A DNA stretch of 63,846 bases from positions 3,658,155 through 3,722,000 of the forward strand of contig NW_024704771.1 of the NCBI RefSeq assembly GCF_018977255.1. The letters run 5' to 3'. Made by a program: the position numbers and the translations under genes. Origin of the DNA: Callorhinchus milii (lineage: Eukaryota). The notes beneath the pieces were generated by a model that saw only the letters and a list, made by a program, of their open reading frames with translations, searched no databases and was not told where the DNA came from. Shown here one piece after another: positions 35,710 to 48,361 of this stretch (its first letter is position 1; every line of letters starts with the position of its first letter).

Positions 35710-35986
35710 CAGAACATGTCCTTTCTATGTTATTATACAGAGAATGTCCCAGAGACAGAGAGAGAGAGAGGAATCCACAGAGATCTGAAATTGCAGAGAC
35801 ATTAGCTTCACACACAGAACACCTGTCATTAAAACTCTGGTATTAAAAAGTAAAGACCTTACCCCATTCCTCTGCTCAGGCGAACAATATGACCAGAAAG
35901 TCTGTCTCTCTTACGTTTCTCTGCAGTCAGGGACAAGAAGTTTCAAGACAACATAAAATGGCGTTGGTGAAACAAGGAAGAATGTT

Positions 35987-35998
35987 AGTTTCACTTTC
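35987..35998 (-). promoter_or_regulatory. ISRE/IRF element (GAAAGTGAAACT) upstream of gene B
   Basis: Consensus match, conserved in the paralogous block at 55240-55251. Confidence 0.55.
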
Positions 35999-37756
35999 GT
36001 TTATAAAGTTTTTTTTAAATTACAACAACAACAACAACAAGATTCCATTTATAAAGCGCCTTTCACGTCAGGAGGACGTCCCAAGGCGCTGATTACCAAA
36101 ATTACCAAATTACCAAAAGCGGAGACCCATACCAGGCTTAATATGTTGTGAACAACTCGTATTTTAGTATTTCATGAAACAATTTGTGTTTAAACCAGTA
36201 GTTTAAAGTACAACGTAAAATGGCATTGGTGAAACAAGGAAGAATGTTAGTTTTGACCCCAACTCGGGTCTGAAATGCTGTCACTGTCCAGAGCCTCGAG
36301 ATGTTCTCCCGACGTGAAAGGCGCTAAACAAATGTAATCTGGTTGTTGTATTTATACAGTGCCCTTCACGTAGGGCAGCATCTCAGGGTGTTTAACAGTG
36401 GCTCAGGCTGATGCCAAGCCGGGAAGGTGTGCGCGGGGGAGGGCGCGGGGGGAGGAGGGGGCGAAGAAGAAGGTCTTCATTCAGGATCTGAAAGAGGGGA
36501 AGGGTGGGAGCAAGGCAGAGGTAACGGGTGAGAGATTTCCAAAGCTCTGGGGTGCAGTGGCTGAACGTGCGGCCGCCAATGGCGGAGCGGAGTGGTCGAG
36601 GTACGAGCAGGAGGCCAGTGCCAGCCCAGCGAGCGGAGGCAGTGGGTAATGTAGTGGAGAGTAAGCAGGTCGGGGAGGTTGGGAGGTGTCAGGGAGTCAA
36701 GGGATCTGCGGACGAGTGAGAGGATCGTGATATTGATTTGTTCTGTGAGAGGGAGTTGAAGTTTAGTGTGTGTGAGAATAAATGCGGTGGAGTTTTAGAT
36801 GAGTTGTAGTCTGTGGATAGTGGAGTGACCAGTGAGGAGGGCATTAGAGTAGTCGAGGACGGAGATAACAGATCCAGGGACACGTACAAAAAATTGAACT
36901 CACCACAATTGCTGATGCTAACAGTTATTGGAGGAGATTGTTGGATTAATGGCTGTGTTTCTCTGATGTCTGTCTGTTTAACAACGTTATTATTCTTGCT
37001 CAGATTGTTCCTGTTCTCAGGACGGAGCGAATTTGGCCCCAGGGACACAATACCTCATCTGTGGAGTCCTGTAGAGTAGTGGTTAGCAAGCGAGAGAACC
37101 TGGGTTTCATTGCAAACTTTAGACAAGTTTCCTTACGCGACATGCCTTTGTTTACCATCAGTAAGCGGGAACTTACTACTTTCCGGGGGTAATGGTCCCT
37201 TCAAAAAAAAATGGTCACTCAATCCACATGTGTTTGTGGGACGCTGCTGTGTGCAATTGGCTGTCGCGTTTGGCCTACAAAATATACAGCCAATTCATTT
37301 CACCGTATATTCTGTGAAGTGCTTTGAGACGTCTCAAAGACACTATCAGCCGCTACATCAAATGCAAGGTTTAATGTTAACAATCATCATAATAATAATC
37401 CTTGAATTTGATACAGCGCATTATCACACCATTGAGACGTCTCGAAGCACTTCACAGCATGTCACCTACTGTATAGATATATTTGAGAGATTTTAGTGAG
37501 ATTCTGAGCACAGCCCCCGAGTGTGAGACTGGGCATTGCTGGAGAGAAGGGTATCAGCCGATATCCCTGTCTCAGAGCGTGTGAGCTCACACACTGGATG
37601 GAAAGTCAGATTCTCTCGGCACAGGGACGAGCTGGTGATGAGGGTTACATGCAGACAGACAGACAAAGAAGGTCACAGTGCAACACCACTGTCTAGCGGC
37701 AGTGAAGCGGTACCCCAGGTTTTAGTTATTTATTTGAACCCTGGAACTCACAGGAC

Positions 37757-38310
37757 AACAACAACAACAGAATTACATGTGTAAAGTGACTTTCACGTCG
37801 GGAGGACGTCCCGAGGGCCTGGACAGACAGACGGAACCGAGCTGGGGGTAGGGGTGGCGGGGAGGTGAGTGGTAGAGGGGGGAAGCAGGGAGTTCGAATG
37901 GGCGGTCGAAGAGGAGATGGGTCTTGAAGGTGGCGAAGGAGGGGTCGAGGCGGAGGGACTGCGGGATGGAGTTCCAGAGGGTGTGGGAGAATGGCGGAAG
38001 GCCCGTCCGTCCGCCGGGGCTAGCGAGGTGGGGGACGTGAAGCGGGGCCGGAGCCCGCTGAGCGGAGGGAGCAAACAGGATGGTAGAGGGTTAGGAGGTC
38101 GCAGAGGTAGGGGGAGCAAGACCATGGAGGGCTTTGAAGTTGAGGACCAGGATCTTGAACTGTATCCTCTGTGTAATGGGAAGCCAGTGGAGTCGGGCGA
38201 GGAGGGGGGTGATGGGGTCGCGGAGCCTGGTACGGGAGAGGACACGGGCTGCAGAGTCCTGGATGATCTGCAGCTTACGGAGGGAGGAGTTGGGGAGGCC
38301 GACAAGCAAT
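37757..38310 (-). mobile_element. L2 LINE 3' fragment
   Basis: LQIIQDSAARVL.RTRLRDPITPLLARLHWLPITQRIQFKILVL.FKALHGLAP and the L2 tail. Confidence 0.85.
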
Positions 38311-39483
38311 GAGTTTGCATGTAATGAAAGCAGGATAGACGATGGAGAGACCAGGATAGGATTCCTCTCCTCATTCCCCTCCTCACCTTTCCTCTGCGAC
38401 AAGAACTGCTGTTTCGCCCACAAAATGTATTAAGAAGCCCTAATATGCATTTAATAGAACAACTTCCATTTATATAGTGCCTTTCTCCTGAATCAGCCGT
38501 TCCTTTGGCCCAGCAAATACCAGCTTGTCCCCCCCCACCCACTACCCCACCTGCCCCATCATCGCCATTTTGCCTCTCTGACTGGAGAACCATCACCAGA
38601 GTCCCTCCGAATCGCTCCCTTTCAAGACACATCAAGACCTGACTCTTTGACCGCACGTTCTGTAATCTGCCTTCTCGTTTTGAGCAGTGTCACGGCATCT
38701 TGAAAGGATTCGTGAAAGGATTAATAAAACACAAACACAATGAAAAAATACAAGAGGTTGATGTAAAACTGTTTATAAAAATGATTTTCACATTGTCGTA
38801 GGGTTTAATCCTACAATCCCAGTATTAGGAGTGATCAGTATACAAGAACGGGCGTTTCGCCCTCAAAATGTACAGGCAATTCATTGACATCCTTTACCGA
38901 ATGCAAGTGGGTTGGGGAGTAAGCAGGTGGGAGAGGTGGGGAGGTGACGGGGATTGGTGGGGTGTGAAGACGAGTGAGAGGATCCTGAAATCGATCCGTT
39001 TGGTGATAGGGAGCCAGTGGAGCCTGGCGAGCGCTGGCTTGATGGGGGTACAGAGTTTAGTGCGGGTGAGTATGTGGGCAGCGGAGTTCTGGATTACAAT
39101 AATACAATTATTAGAGCATTTTATGTTTTAAAATGGACATAGGTAAGAAGAGAGAACTGGATAGGTATCTGGGGGTTTGCAGAGTTATGGGGAGAAAGCT
39201 GGTGATTGGGGTTAGTGAAAGTGACTTGCTCTGTCAAAGAGCCGGCACAGCCTCGATGGGCCGAATGGCCTCCTTCTGTGCCATAACATTCGATGAATCG
39301 ATGAATCGATGAATCTATGAATACCAAATCGTGAGAGGTCACGTCTCTCACAGAGAAATAACACACCTCGCGATAGTCACCCGATCAAATCTTTGAGTTC
39401 TGCAGAACCTTACGCCTATTTCGTACATTGAGTAAAAGCTTAAGATGATAACAGCTCAAAGACGATCAAAAGGGTCAGCAATT

Positions 39484-39968
39484 CTACACCACCGACTGGT
39501 CTTCTTCCTTGTTAACCGCACAGATTTTCAGAGGGTCAGAATTCGTACCCTTTTCATTTGATCCGGGGCAGAAGAGAGGATAAAGCCTCTCAGTGAAAGC
39601 GTGGGTGAAAGTGTGGAGGAGAGACATGTTATCAGCGTTGTAAAACGACACCCGCCCCCCCTCAAAGTCCAGGTAAATTCCGATCTTCCCGGGTTTCACA
39701 CTGAGGCTCAGCTTGGTGGAGGGTGAAGTAAGAGCCTGATAATCCTCCCCGTGGCTCAGTGACACAACCCAGAATCCGTTGTCAGGTGTGAGGGCGATGT
39801 TTTCATTCCTCTTGATGGACTCCCTGGCCACTCCGATAGTCCATGCCGTCTTTTTCCCGAGCTCCACCTCCCAGGAGTGTATCCCGGTTGCGAATCCGTT
39901 AAGCTTCTGTATGTCGGCTGTGGACGCATCAATTCCCAGGACAGCCCTGTGCGAACTGAACCTCTCTT
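39484..39968 (-). pseudogene. Divergent B30.2 exon lacking its PRY start and splice acceptor (probably from gene C)
   Basis: RFSSHRAVLG...GIHSWEV...IGIYLDFEGGRVSFYN...LYPLFCP open to stop; 5' end abuts an L2 3' fragment (about 39975-40270). Confidence 0.8.
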
Positions 39969-40714
39969 CTTCTTCCCCCACCCCCCCCCGACCCCAGCTC
40001 AGGTCTGAAATGCTGTGCACTGTATAGCGCCTTGGGACGCCCTCCCGACACAAAAGGCGCTATACCAATGCAATCTTGTTGTTGTTGTTGTTGTTGCCTC
40101 CTTCAAGGTCGGTCTCAAGACCCTTCTCTTCGATCGTGCCTTCAGTCGCCCTCCCACCTCTCTGCCTTCCCTCACCCCAACCCCACCCCCATCCCCCGTG
40201 CTCAGGTCCTGACCCCTGACTGTTCAGCGCTTTGGGACGTCCTCCCGACGTGAGCGACGCTCTATAGATAAATGTAATATTTTTGTTGTAATAGGGTCAC
40301 TGCCGATGTCACTTCCCGCTTTGCACCCGTTGAGCTTGTGTACAGCAGCGTCACACATACAAACACGGATTGATTGACTCCTGTTTTTTTGAGGGATTAT
40401 TACCCCCCAGAAAAATGATCCACCAATTGACTAGTAACCGGGTTCCTACTAACTGCTGAGCAAATAGAGGCGCGTGTGTGTGTGTGTGTGTGTATGTATC
40501 CGCGTGTGTGTGTCTGTGCGTGTCTGTGCGTGTGTGTGTGTGTGTGTGTGTGTGGAGTAAGGAAACTTGGAGTAAGGTTTGGCACCGCGCGGGAATCGAA
40601 CCCGTGTGCTCTCGCTTGCGAGGCGATTGCTCTAATCACAGCCCTACAGGACACCACGAGTACAATGTAATCGCGACTACATGACTGTCTTTCTCTCCCT
40701 GTCGTGTTTCTCAG

Positions 40715-40893
40715 GGCGAAGGGCCTGCGCAGGCGAGAGTCTGGCTAAAGCTGAACTCTTTCTCTTCTTCTCGACGCTGATGCAGAGATTCCGATTCCAG
40801 CCTCCGCCCGGAGTGACCGACCTTCCCCTCACGGCCATTGTCGGAATCACATCATCCCCGACACCTTACAAGCTCTGCGCTGTGCTCCGTTAG
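40715..40893 (+). pseudogene. Orphan cytochrome P450 family 2 terminal exon (GRRACAGESLAKAELFLFFSTLMQRFRFQPPPG...YKLCAVLR-stop)
   Basis: Heme-binding G.R.C.GE.LA..ELFLF motif, TTTCTCAG acceptor, phase 1, 179 nt; no upstream CYP exons found. Confidence 0.85.
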
Positions 40894-42949
40894 GAGTTGA
40901 GACAAACAACAACCAGAACTGTATCCCCCTTCACGTGCGAGTGGCGTCTCGGAGACCAAACACACACACAGGGACAATTAATAATAATAATAGAAATAAT
41001 AATAAGCTTTACATTTGGTACAGAGTCTTGTCACATCATTGAAACGTCTCAAAGTGCTTCACAGGAAATAATGTAAAGTGTAGTGACTGTGTAATTTGTA
41101 CTTTGTTCTGATTTGAACTAATTTTTTGTTGAACGGACAACTTAAAAAATGACACATTTGGTAAAAGCTCAGCTGAGCTGTGTGTGTGGTGTTTGTGGTG
41201 TGTGTGGGGTGTGGTGTGTGGGGGGGGATGTGGTGTGTGTAATGGTGTGTGTGGGGTGTGTGGGAGGGGGTCTGGTGTGGGAGGAGGTGTGGTGTGTGGT
41301 GTGTGTACATGTTTTGTTATCACAACAACAACTTATCTTTATAATAATAATAAATATCTTTGCATTTGATACAGCGCCTTATCACGTCTTCTCGACATCT
41401 CAAAGCACTTCACAGAATCTACTGTAACGTGAATTGACTGTATATTGTGGGCGAAACGTCCCTATATGGCGTCCCTCACGCAGGACAGCGTCTCGGAGCG
41501 CTTGTCAGTGGCGGAGCACGGCTCGGTGCCGGGGGAAAGGGGGGATGTGACCATAAGCAGTCGAAGAGGAAGGTTTTCAGACGCGACCTGGAAATGGGGA
41601 AGGAGAGAGGAAGGGAGTTCCAGAATTACGATAAATAGTTTGTTAAATTATCCGCAGCACAGCACAGAGCGCTCGCCTCGCAGGCGAGAGGACTCGGGTC
41701 GTGTTTGAAGCGCTTCGAGAGGTTCTGTGTGTGTATGTTTGTGTATGTTTGTGTGTCGGGGGTGGGGGGGAACTCTAGTTTGTGTGTGTCTCTGAGCCTT
41801 ATGTCCTCAGGGGTCCGACTACTTTCACTCGTTACGTTGAGAGCCTTAGCAAGTCTCGTGTCATCCCTTCATTCCCAGTAACTTCATCCCCGGTGAACCG
41901 TCTCCTGGCTTTCCGAGCAGCAGCACTCTGCCCCAATTCCTGCCGCGTGTTATTTCTGTTGATAATAATAATCCTTACATAAGATTTAGCGTCTTACCAC
42001 GTCGTTGCGACGTCTCAAATCGCTTGACAATATAGTGCAAAGTGGTTGACTGTGTAACAATAATCCTTCATTTGATGCAGTGCTTTATCACGTTGTTAAG
42101 ACGTCTCAAAGCGCTTCACAGAGTACACAGTACTGTAAATTGGAGTGAAGGTGCGTTTTGTGGGCAAAACGCGGCAGCCAATTGCACACAGCGGCGTCCC
42201 ACAAACAGTCGTGAATTGAGTGACCAAATTATTATTGTTTAAGGGATTATTACCAACAGAAAGCGATTCACCAACCGACTAACAACCGGATTCCTACTTA
42301 ACTCTGGATAAACAGAGGAACGTGTGTGTGGAGTGAGGAAACTCGCCGAACGTTTGTCCCCGACCGGGAATCTAACCCGAGTCCTCTCGCTTGCGAGTGC
42401 TCTAACCACTGAGCTACAGGAACCCACAGGTCACAACACATATAATAATTAACATTACAATAATAATCATTGTCGGATCTTGTAACAGAGCCGCACTGCG
42501 TCACCGAAGCATCTCAAACCGCTCCACGGAATTCACTGCAGCTCGGGTTTGATTCCCGGGCAGCGCACACAGTAACTCACAGGGCACGTGGTGCTGGAGG
42601 CCGTTCAAATGACTTTTCATTCACTAAATGTTTAATTGTATTCAGTGATTAACTATTTATTGAAATAATGCGTCGTAATCACCGTAATACGTTGTGGCTG
42701 TAAAGCGGTACCGCAGCGTTTAAAAATATTTTTATGTACATTCAACCAACTGTAAATGTGATTGAAAAATAAAATATTTTCACTAATGTTCAGCGATTGA
42801 CTCTTTAGTTAAAGGAAAAAGAAAATGCTGTAATTGTAACACAAATAATGTTGTTTTTACGGTGCAACAGCGCCACGTTGTGGTCGTGAGGCGGTACTGC
42901 AGCTAAACTGGGATTGAAAGTTTTCAGTCATTAACTTTTTAGTTAAAAT

Positions 42950-43190
42950 AACAGCAATAATAACAATAACAACAATAATAACAATAATAATCACAATAAC
43001 AACAACAATAATAACCACAATAATAATCACAATAACAACAATAATAATCACAATAATAATAACAATAATAATCACAATAACAACAATAATAATCACAATA
43101 ATAATAACAATAATAATCACAATAACAACAATAATAATCACAATAATAATAACAATAATAATCACGATAATAACAATAATGATAACAAGA
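42950..43190. repeat. (AAT/AAC/CAC)n microsatellite running into a gap
   Basis: Direct reading. Confidence 0.95.
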
Positions 43191-43391
43191 NNNNNNNNNN
43201 NNNNNNNNNNNNNNNNNNNNNNNNNNNNNNNNNNNNNNNNNNNNNNNNNNNNNNNNNNNNNNNNNNNNNNNNNNNNNNNNNNNNNNNNNNNNNNNNNNNN
43301 NNNNNNNNNNNNNNNNNNNNNNNNNNNNNNNNNNNNNNNNNNNNNNNNNNNNNNNNNNNNNNNNNNNNNNNNNNNNNNNNNNNNNNNNNNN
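43191..43391. other. Assembly gap (N run)
   Basis: Run of N. Confidence 1.
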
Positions 43392-43950
43392 ATAACAGCC
43401 AAAATAATAGCAATAATATGTTTATTAAAGATTATAAACGGTATTGGAGGCGATTTAAATTATTCTTCGCACACGAAATGTTTCTATCAATTGTATTAAG
43501 CGCTTCACCATTTATTTAAAATAAACACATGTGAACTATTGATTCAAATTATTGATTTATTATTATTATGTATTAATATTATTATTATTATTAATTATTA
43601 TGGATTCGATTCGTCAATTGCAGCACAACCTCAGAGAGGATACACTAAATAATAAACAATAAACAATAAACAATAAATAATAAACAATAAACGATAAATG
43701 ATAAATAATAAATAATAAATAATAAATAATAAATAATAAATAATAATAAATAAATTAAGTGTTATTTTAACCCTGTGGTGGTGTGGGGGGGAAACACAAC
43801 GACGTTGGGTTTCACGGTGCAACAGCGCTGCACTGTGGCTATAAAGTGCTTCTGCAGCGTTTTTAAATTACTTTTAAAGAATATGTTTTAAATAAATAAA
43901 TACAAAGAATGTGCCAATTAGTTGTGGGAATCCAATGAATTTCCTTTGCG

Positions 43951-43983
43951 CTGCAATACCGCGATCAGCCACCAGGTGGCGAC
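43951..43983 (+). promoter_or_regulatory. CTCF site with upstream module (CTGCAATACC-GCGATC-AGCCACCAGGTGGCGAC)
   Basis: Core CCACCAGGTGGCG plus a TGCAATACC upstream motif at about canonical spacing. Confidence 0.6.
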
Positions 43984-46983
43984 GTGTCATAGCTTTCGCG
44001 GTGCAACAGCGCCACGTTGTGGCTGCGAGGCGGTACTGCAGCATTTAAAAATATTTGTATGCATTATGGATTGAAGAGCTACAATTGTGATTGAAAAGTA
44101 AAATAGTTTCACTCACTATAAATATAATTTATATATATATAAATATATATATATAAATATAAATATATAAATAAATATATATATAAATATATAAATATAT
44201 ATAAATATAATTTCAGCCGTTAACTATTTAGTTAAAAGGAAAAAGAAAATGTAAAGAAGAAAAATGTTGCAATTGCGCACCTGACACTGGGGGCGGAGGG
44301 AAACAAATGAATTTTCTTTAACCTGTAATGCCACAAATAATGCGGCTAAAGTTCAGTCAGTGATAAAATCTAATTTTCTTTTCTGCCCGGAGGTTAATAG
44401 CCCACAGAGGGAGACATGGAACTCAATAGATTGATCACTTTCCGGCTGAATTGAACCGTGGGAAGCGTAGTCTTGATCCCATCACCACGTGCGCACTTTA
44501 CCGGCTGCAGTTAATCGCACAAAGCGCAGCGTCAATTATTGATTAATCGGATTATCTGTGGTTTATAGTTTAACTGCAACTCGGACTTTGGATGTGCCTC
44601 CAACCTTTTAGCGTTCTGTACCACCTCCGCCCCTGCCTCGCTCCCTCCCGCGCCTCCTTCAAGGCACGTCTCAAGACTCCTTCTCTTCAACCGTGTCTCC
44701 GGATCCCAACCCCCCAGCTCGGGCGCAAATCCCTGACTGTCCAGCACTTCGGGACGTCTTCTCGATGTCAAAGGTGTTGCGTAAAATGTCACTTGTTGTT
44801 GTTACGGCCTCAACTGATATAACGCATGTGAGTTTCACTGTGTTACAAATCTCCATCAGTCCTGTTCATCATCGTCATAATAATAATCCTTTCATTTGAT
44901 ACAGCGCCTTATCACTCCTTCGACACTGTACATACTGTAAGGTGCGGTGACTGTGTATTTTGTCGGCAAAACATACAAAGTCTGTTGTAACTTGTCGAAT
45001 TTTATTTAAAAACAGAAAGTGAGTGCGGGAAAGGAATATCACAAATTCAAAAACATAGAATAATATCACAGCTTCTTGGCAATGAATAATATGCAAAACA
45101 ATGCACGTATGAGTATAAAAAGATTGACTTGGACGGTTATGGTGATCTTGTGAGAAATGGCTTAAAATGTAGACACCGTGAATCAGCGCCATCTTAATAC
45201 TCCTTGCATTTGGCACAGTGTCTGATCACGTCGTTGAAACGCCTGAAAGCCCTGCACAGGATTTACTGTAAAGTGAATTGAATGTATACTTTGTGGGAGA
45301 AACATGGCAGCAAATTGCACACAAACGGTCATGGATTGAGGGACCAAATTATTTTTAAAAATCAAGGGCTTATTACCCCCCGGAAAGCGATCGCCTTCAC
45401 AGAATATACTACACGTTTTGAGGGCGAAACCCGGCAGCTGATTGAAGTGACCAATTCGTTACATTTTTTTGAAGGAATTTTTATCCCCGGAAAAGCAATC
45501 CGACTAACAACCAGGTTCCTACGTACTGTTGGGTAACATTCGCCGTGTCCGGGAATCGAACCCGGGTCTCTGGCTTGCGAGGCGAGAGCTCTATACACTG
45601 AGCTGCAGGACTCCACATAAACCCAGAGCCACACGTCAGGAAGCACCAAGACAACAGGACAAGAGACCAGAGGGTTAGTGTTACAGAGGGCGGTTTCAGG
45701 ACGCACTCCAGAAATTTATTTTTACACAGATTTGTAATCTTATCACATCTCAAAACGTTCACAGGAGTTACTGTAATGCACAGTGTATTGTTCGGCAAAT
45801 ATATATTTTACAGGTAGAGGAAGCAGCCAATTTTCACACAGCAACTGCCTATGAACAGCTTTGAAGCAAATGATCAATTGTTATATGGCCGGGACACAGG
45901 GAGAAACTCCCTTCGCTAAATTAGTACAATTAATGTGTGTTTTGCTCAGAGCTAATGTTTCGGGAGGATTTCGGGGCCTTGGAGAGGCTGCGGTTGGGAA
46001 TTTACAAGAATGATACCAGGGACTTCAATCACTGCGGAGAGACTAGAGAGGCCAGGATTGTCCTCCTGGGAGCAGAGAAGGTTGGGGGGAGATTTAATGG
46101 AGGTGTTCACGATGATGAGGGGTTTTTGATGGAGTAGAAAGTGCCTCTGGCCGGTGGGTCAGTAACCACAGGACACAGATTTAAGATAATTGGCAAAAGA
46201 ACCAGAAGGGAGTCGAGGAGAAAATATAAAACAGTTATGAGGTTAGAGCGGGGGAGTAGGACTCGTTGAATAGCTCCTTCAAAGAGCCAACGCAGACACG
46301 ATGGGCCGAATGGCCTCCTTCTGTGCTGTTAGATTCTGTGACTCTATTGCAGTTGGACAGGTATAGTGTTGAGTGAGACAGGAAATGCAAAGTGACACTC
46401 AGATCTGTTCCTGCTTTAATTTCACATCTGCACAGGAACAAGAGGAGGCCATTCGGTCCCTCGAGTCTGGCTACAACCACAACAACAACAAGCATTTTAT
46501 ACAGCAACAGTATATATATATATATTATATATATAATATATTGCGCAGGATAGCGTCTCAGACGCAGGGCCAGGAGGAGATCCGAGGTGTGACCTGGAGA
46601 TGGGGGAAGGAGGGGGCGAGGCGGAGGGATTGAGGGAGAGAGAGTGTTGAGAGTTGCAGGGCGCAGCGGATGAAAGCGCGGCCGACAACAGTGGGGCAGA
46701 GGGGGGGGGGGGGGGGGTGGGGGGGCGGGGGTCGAGCAGGACGCCGGAGCCAGCGGGTAGCGGAGCGGGGAGTAAGTAGGTCAGAGAGGTCGGGAGGTGC
46801 AGATGAAGCGATTTGAAGACAAAAACCCTGAAAAACAGTCAAACCCAGCGAAAAATCAACGTTTTCAGGACGGCCGGGTCGACCGGCAGTGACTTAAGAC
46901 GGCTTTAAGCTCTCGGTTTACTCTTAATCAGACAAATTACCAGCGTTCCAGAGTTGCTGCCACCGTCAGGAAACCAGGGGGCA

Positions 46984-47118
46984 GAAATAAGGGCACATTC
47001 TCTGCGTGAAACTGTCAGTGAAAGGTTTGGAGACGAGACACGTTATCAGCGTTGTAAGATGTTATCACCCGTCCCTCCTCATCCTCCAGGTAAACTCCGA
47101 CCTTCCCGGGTCTCAGTG
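46984..47118 (-). pseudogene. Isolated degenerate SPRY C-terminal fragment
   Basis: [32 protein letters not shown], then after a frameshift [12 protein letters not shown]. Confidence 0.75.
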
Positions 47119-48059
47119 GTTCTAAGCAGAGGTAGTCAGGAGGGGCTGTGTGTTCGGGGGGGCAGTCCTCAGCGGCAATTCTTCTGCAGCGAGAATCACA
47201 GGGTTAATTTGACAATAAATCATCGCGATAACAAGGCGCCTGATCGAGTTGTTTGAGACGTCTCAAAGCGCTTCGCAGGATACACTGTGAAGTGAACTGG
47301 CCGGGTATTTCGTGGGTGAAACGCAGTGGCCAATTACACACAGATGCGTCCGTCTGTCTGTCTGTCTGTCTGTGTCTGAAGGGATTATTACCCCAGGAAA
47401 GCGAAAAGGAATTAGCGCAGCCAATTGACTAACAACCAAGTTCTTACTTGCTGCTGGTTAAGTATAGACGTGCAGAGTAAGGAAACTTGCGGAAGGTTTT
47501 GCCCCGTCCTGACTGGGAATCGAACCCTGGTCATCACTTCCCAAAGCCCTGGGCAGTCAGGGATTTTCACCCGAATCGAAGGTTGGGATCAGGTGGGGTG
47601 GAGGGCAAAGAGGACGGGGGGGGGTAGGAAGGTAACTGAAGGTGCGAGCGAAGAGGGGGAATCTTGAGCCGGGGGGCTTTGAAAAAGGCGAGGGAGGGGA
47701 CGAGGGGACCGTGGGATGGAGTTCCAGAAGGTTGGGGCGGAGAGGCTGAAGGCTCGATCACTGATGGTGGGGTGGGCCGGGGGGGGGGGAAGGGGGCCGT
47801 GGAGCAGACCAGAGCCCACTGAGTGGAGAGAGCGCACAGGCCAGTGTGGGGTTAGCAAATCGTAGAGGTAGGGATTGAGGGGAAAGTGACTGATATTGGG
47901 AGTGAGGCTGAGGGCTGGAGACTGATAGAGACTGAGTGCTGGAGACTGAGGGGTAGAGACTGATAGAGACCGAGAAGAAGTAGAGACTGATAGAGACTGA
48001 GGGGTGGAGAATGATACAGAGATGCCGGTAAATCAGGAGACGTTGTACGTGGAACTTAC

Positions 48060-48077
48060 CCAGTTCTTTGTTAAGTT
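48060..48077 (-). CDS. BTN-like gene C, 18-nt heptad-like microexon (xLNKEL)
   Basis: Polypyrimidine-CAACAG acceptor, GTAAGT donor, phase 1-1. Confidence 0.55.
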
Positions 48078-48361
48078 CTGTTGGGCAAAAAAGAAAGTAA
48101 AGCGTGTATTAATCACCACGGCTTCTATTTCCAACTCCAACCTCCGTGTAATCATTTGCTGGTTGGTTTGGTGCCGGTTATTTATTATTATTATTATTTA
48201 TTGAGGCGATTATTAACCCCGGAAAGAGATCCGGCAATCGACTAACAACCGGGTTCTTAATTACCGCTGGTAAACAGAGGCGTGTGTGTGTGTGTGTGTG
48301 TCTGTCTGTGTGTGTCTGTGTCTGTGTGGCATAAACTGAGATGTCTTCCTTTTTCCTCGAC

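Noticed and set aside
42857-43499. Ile/Val-rich TM-like ORFs
   Set aside because: (AAT/AAC)n microsatellite spanning an N gap
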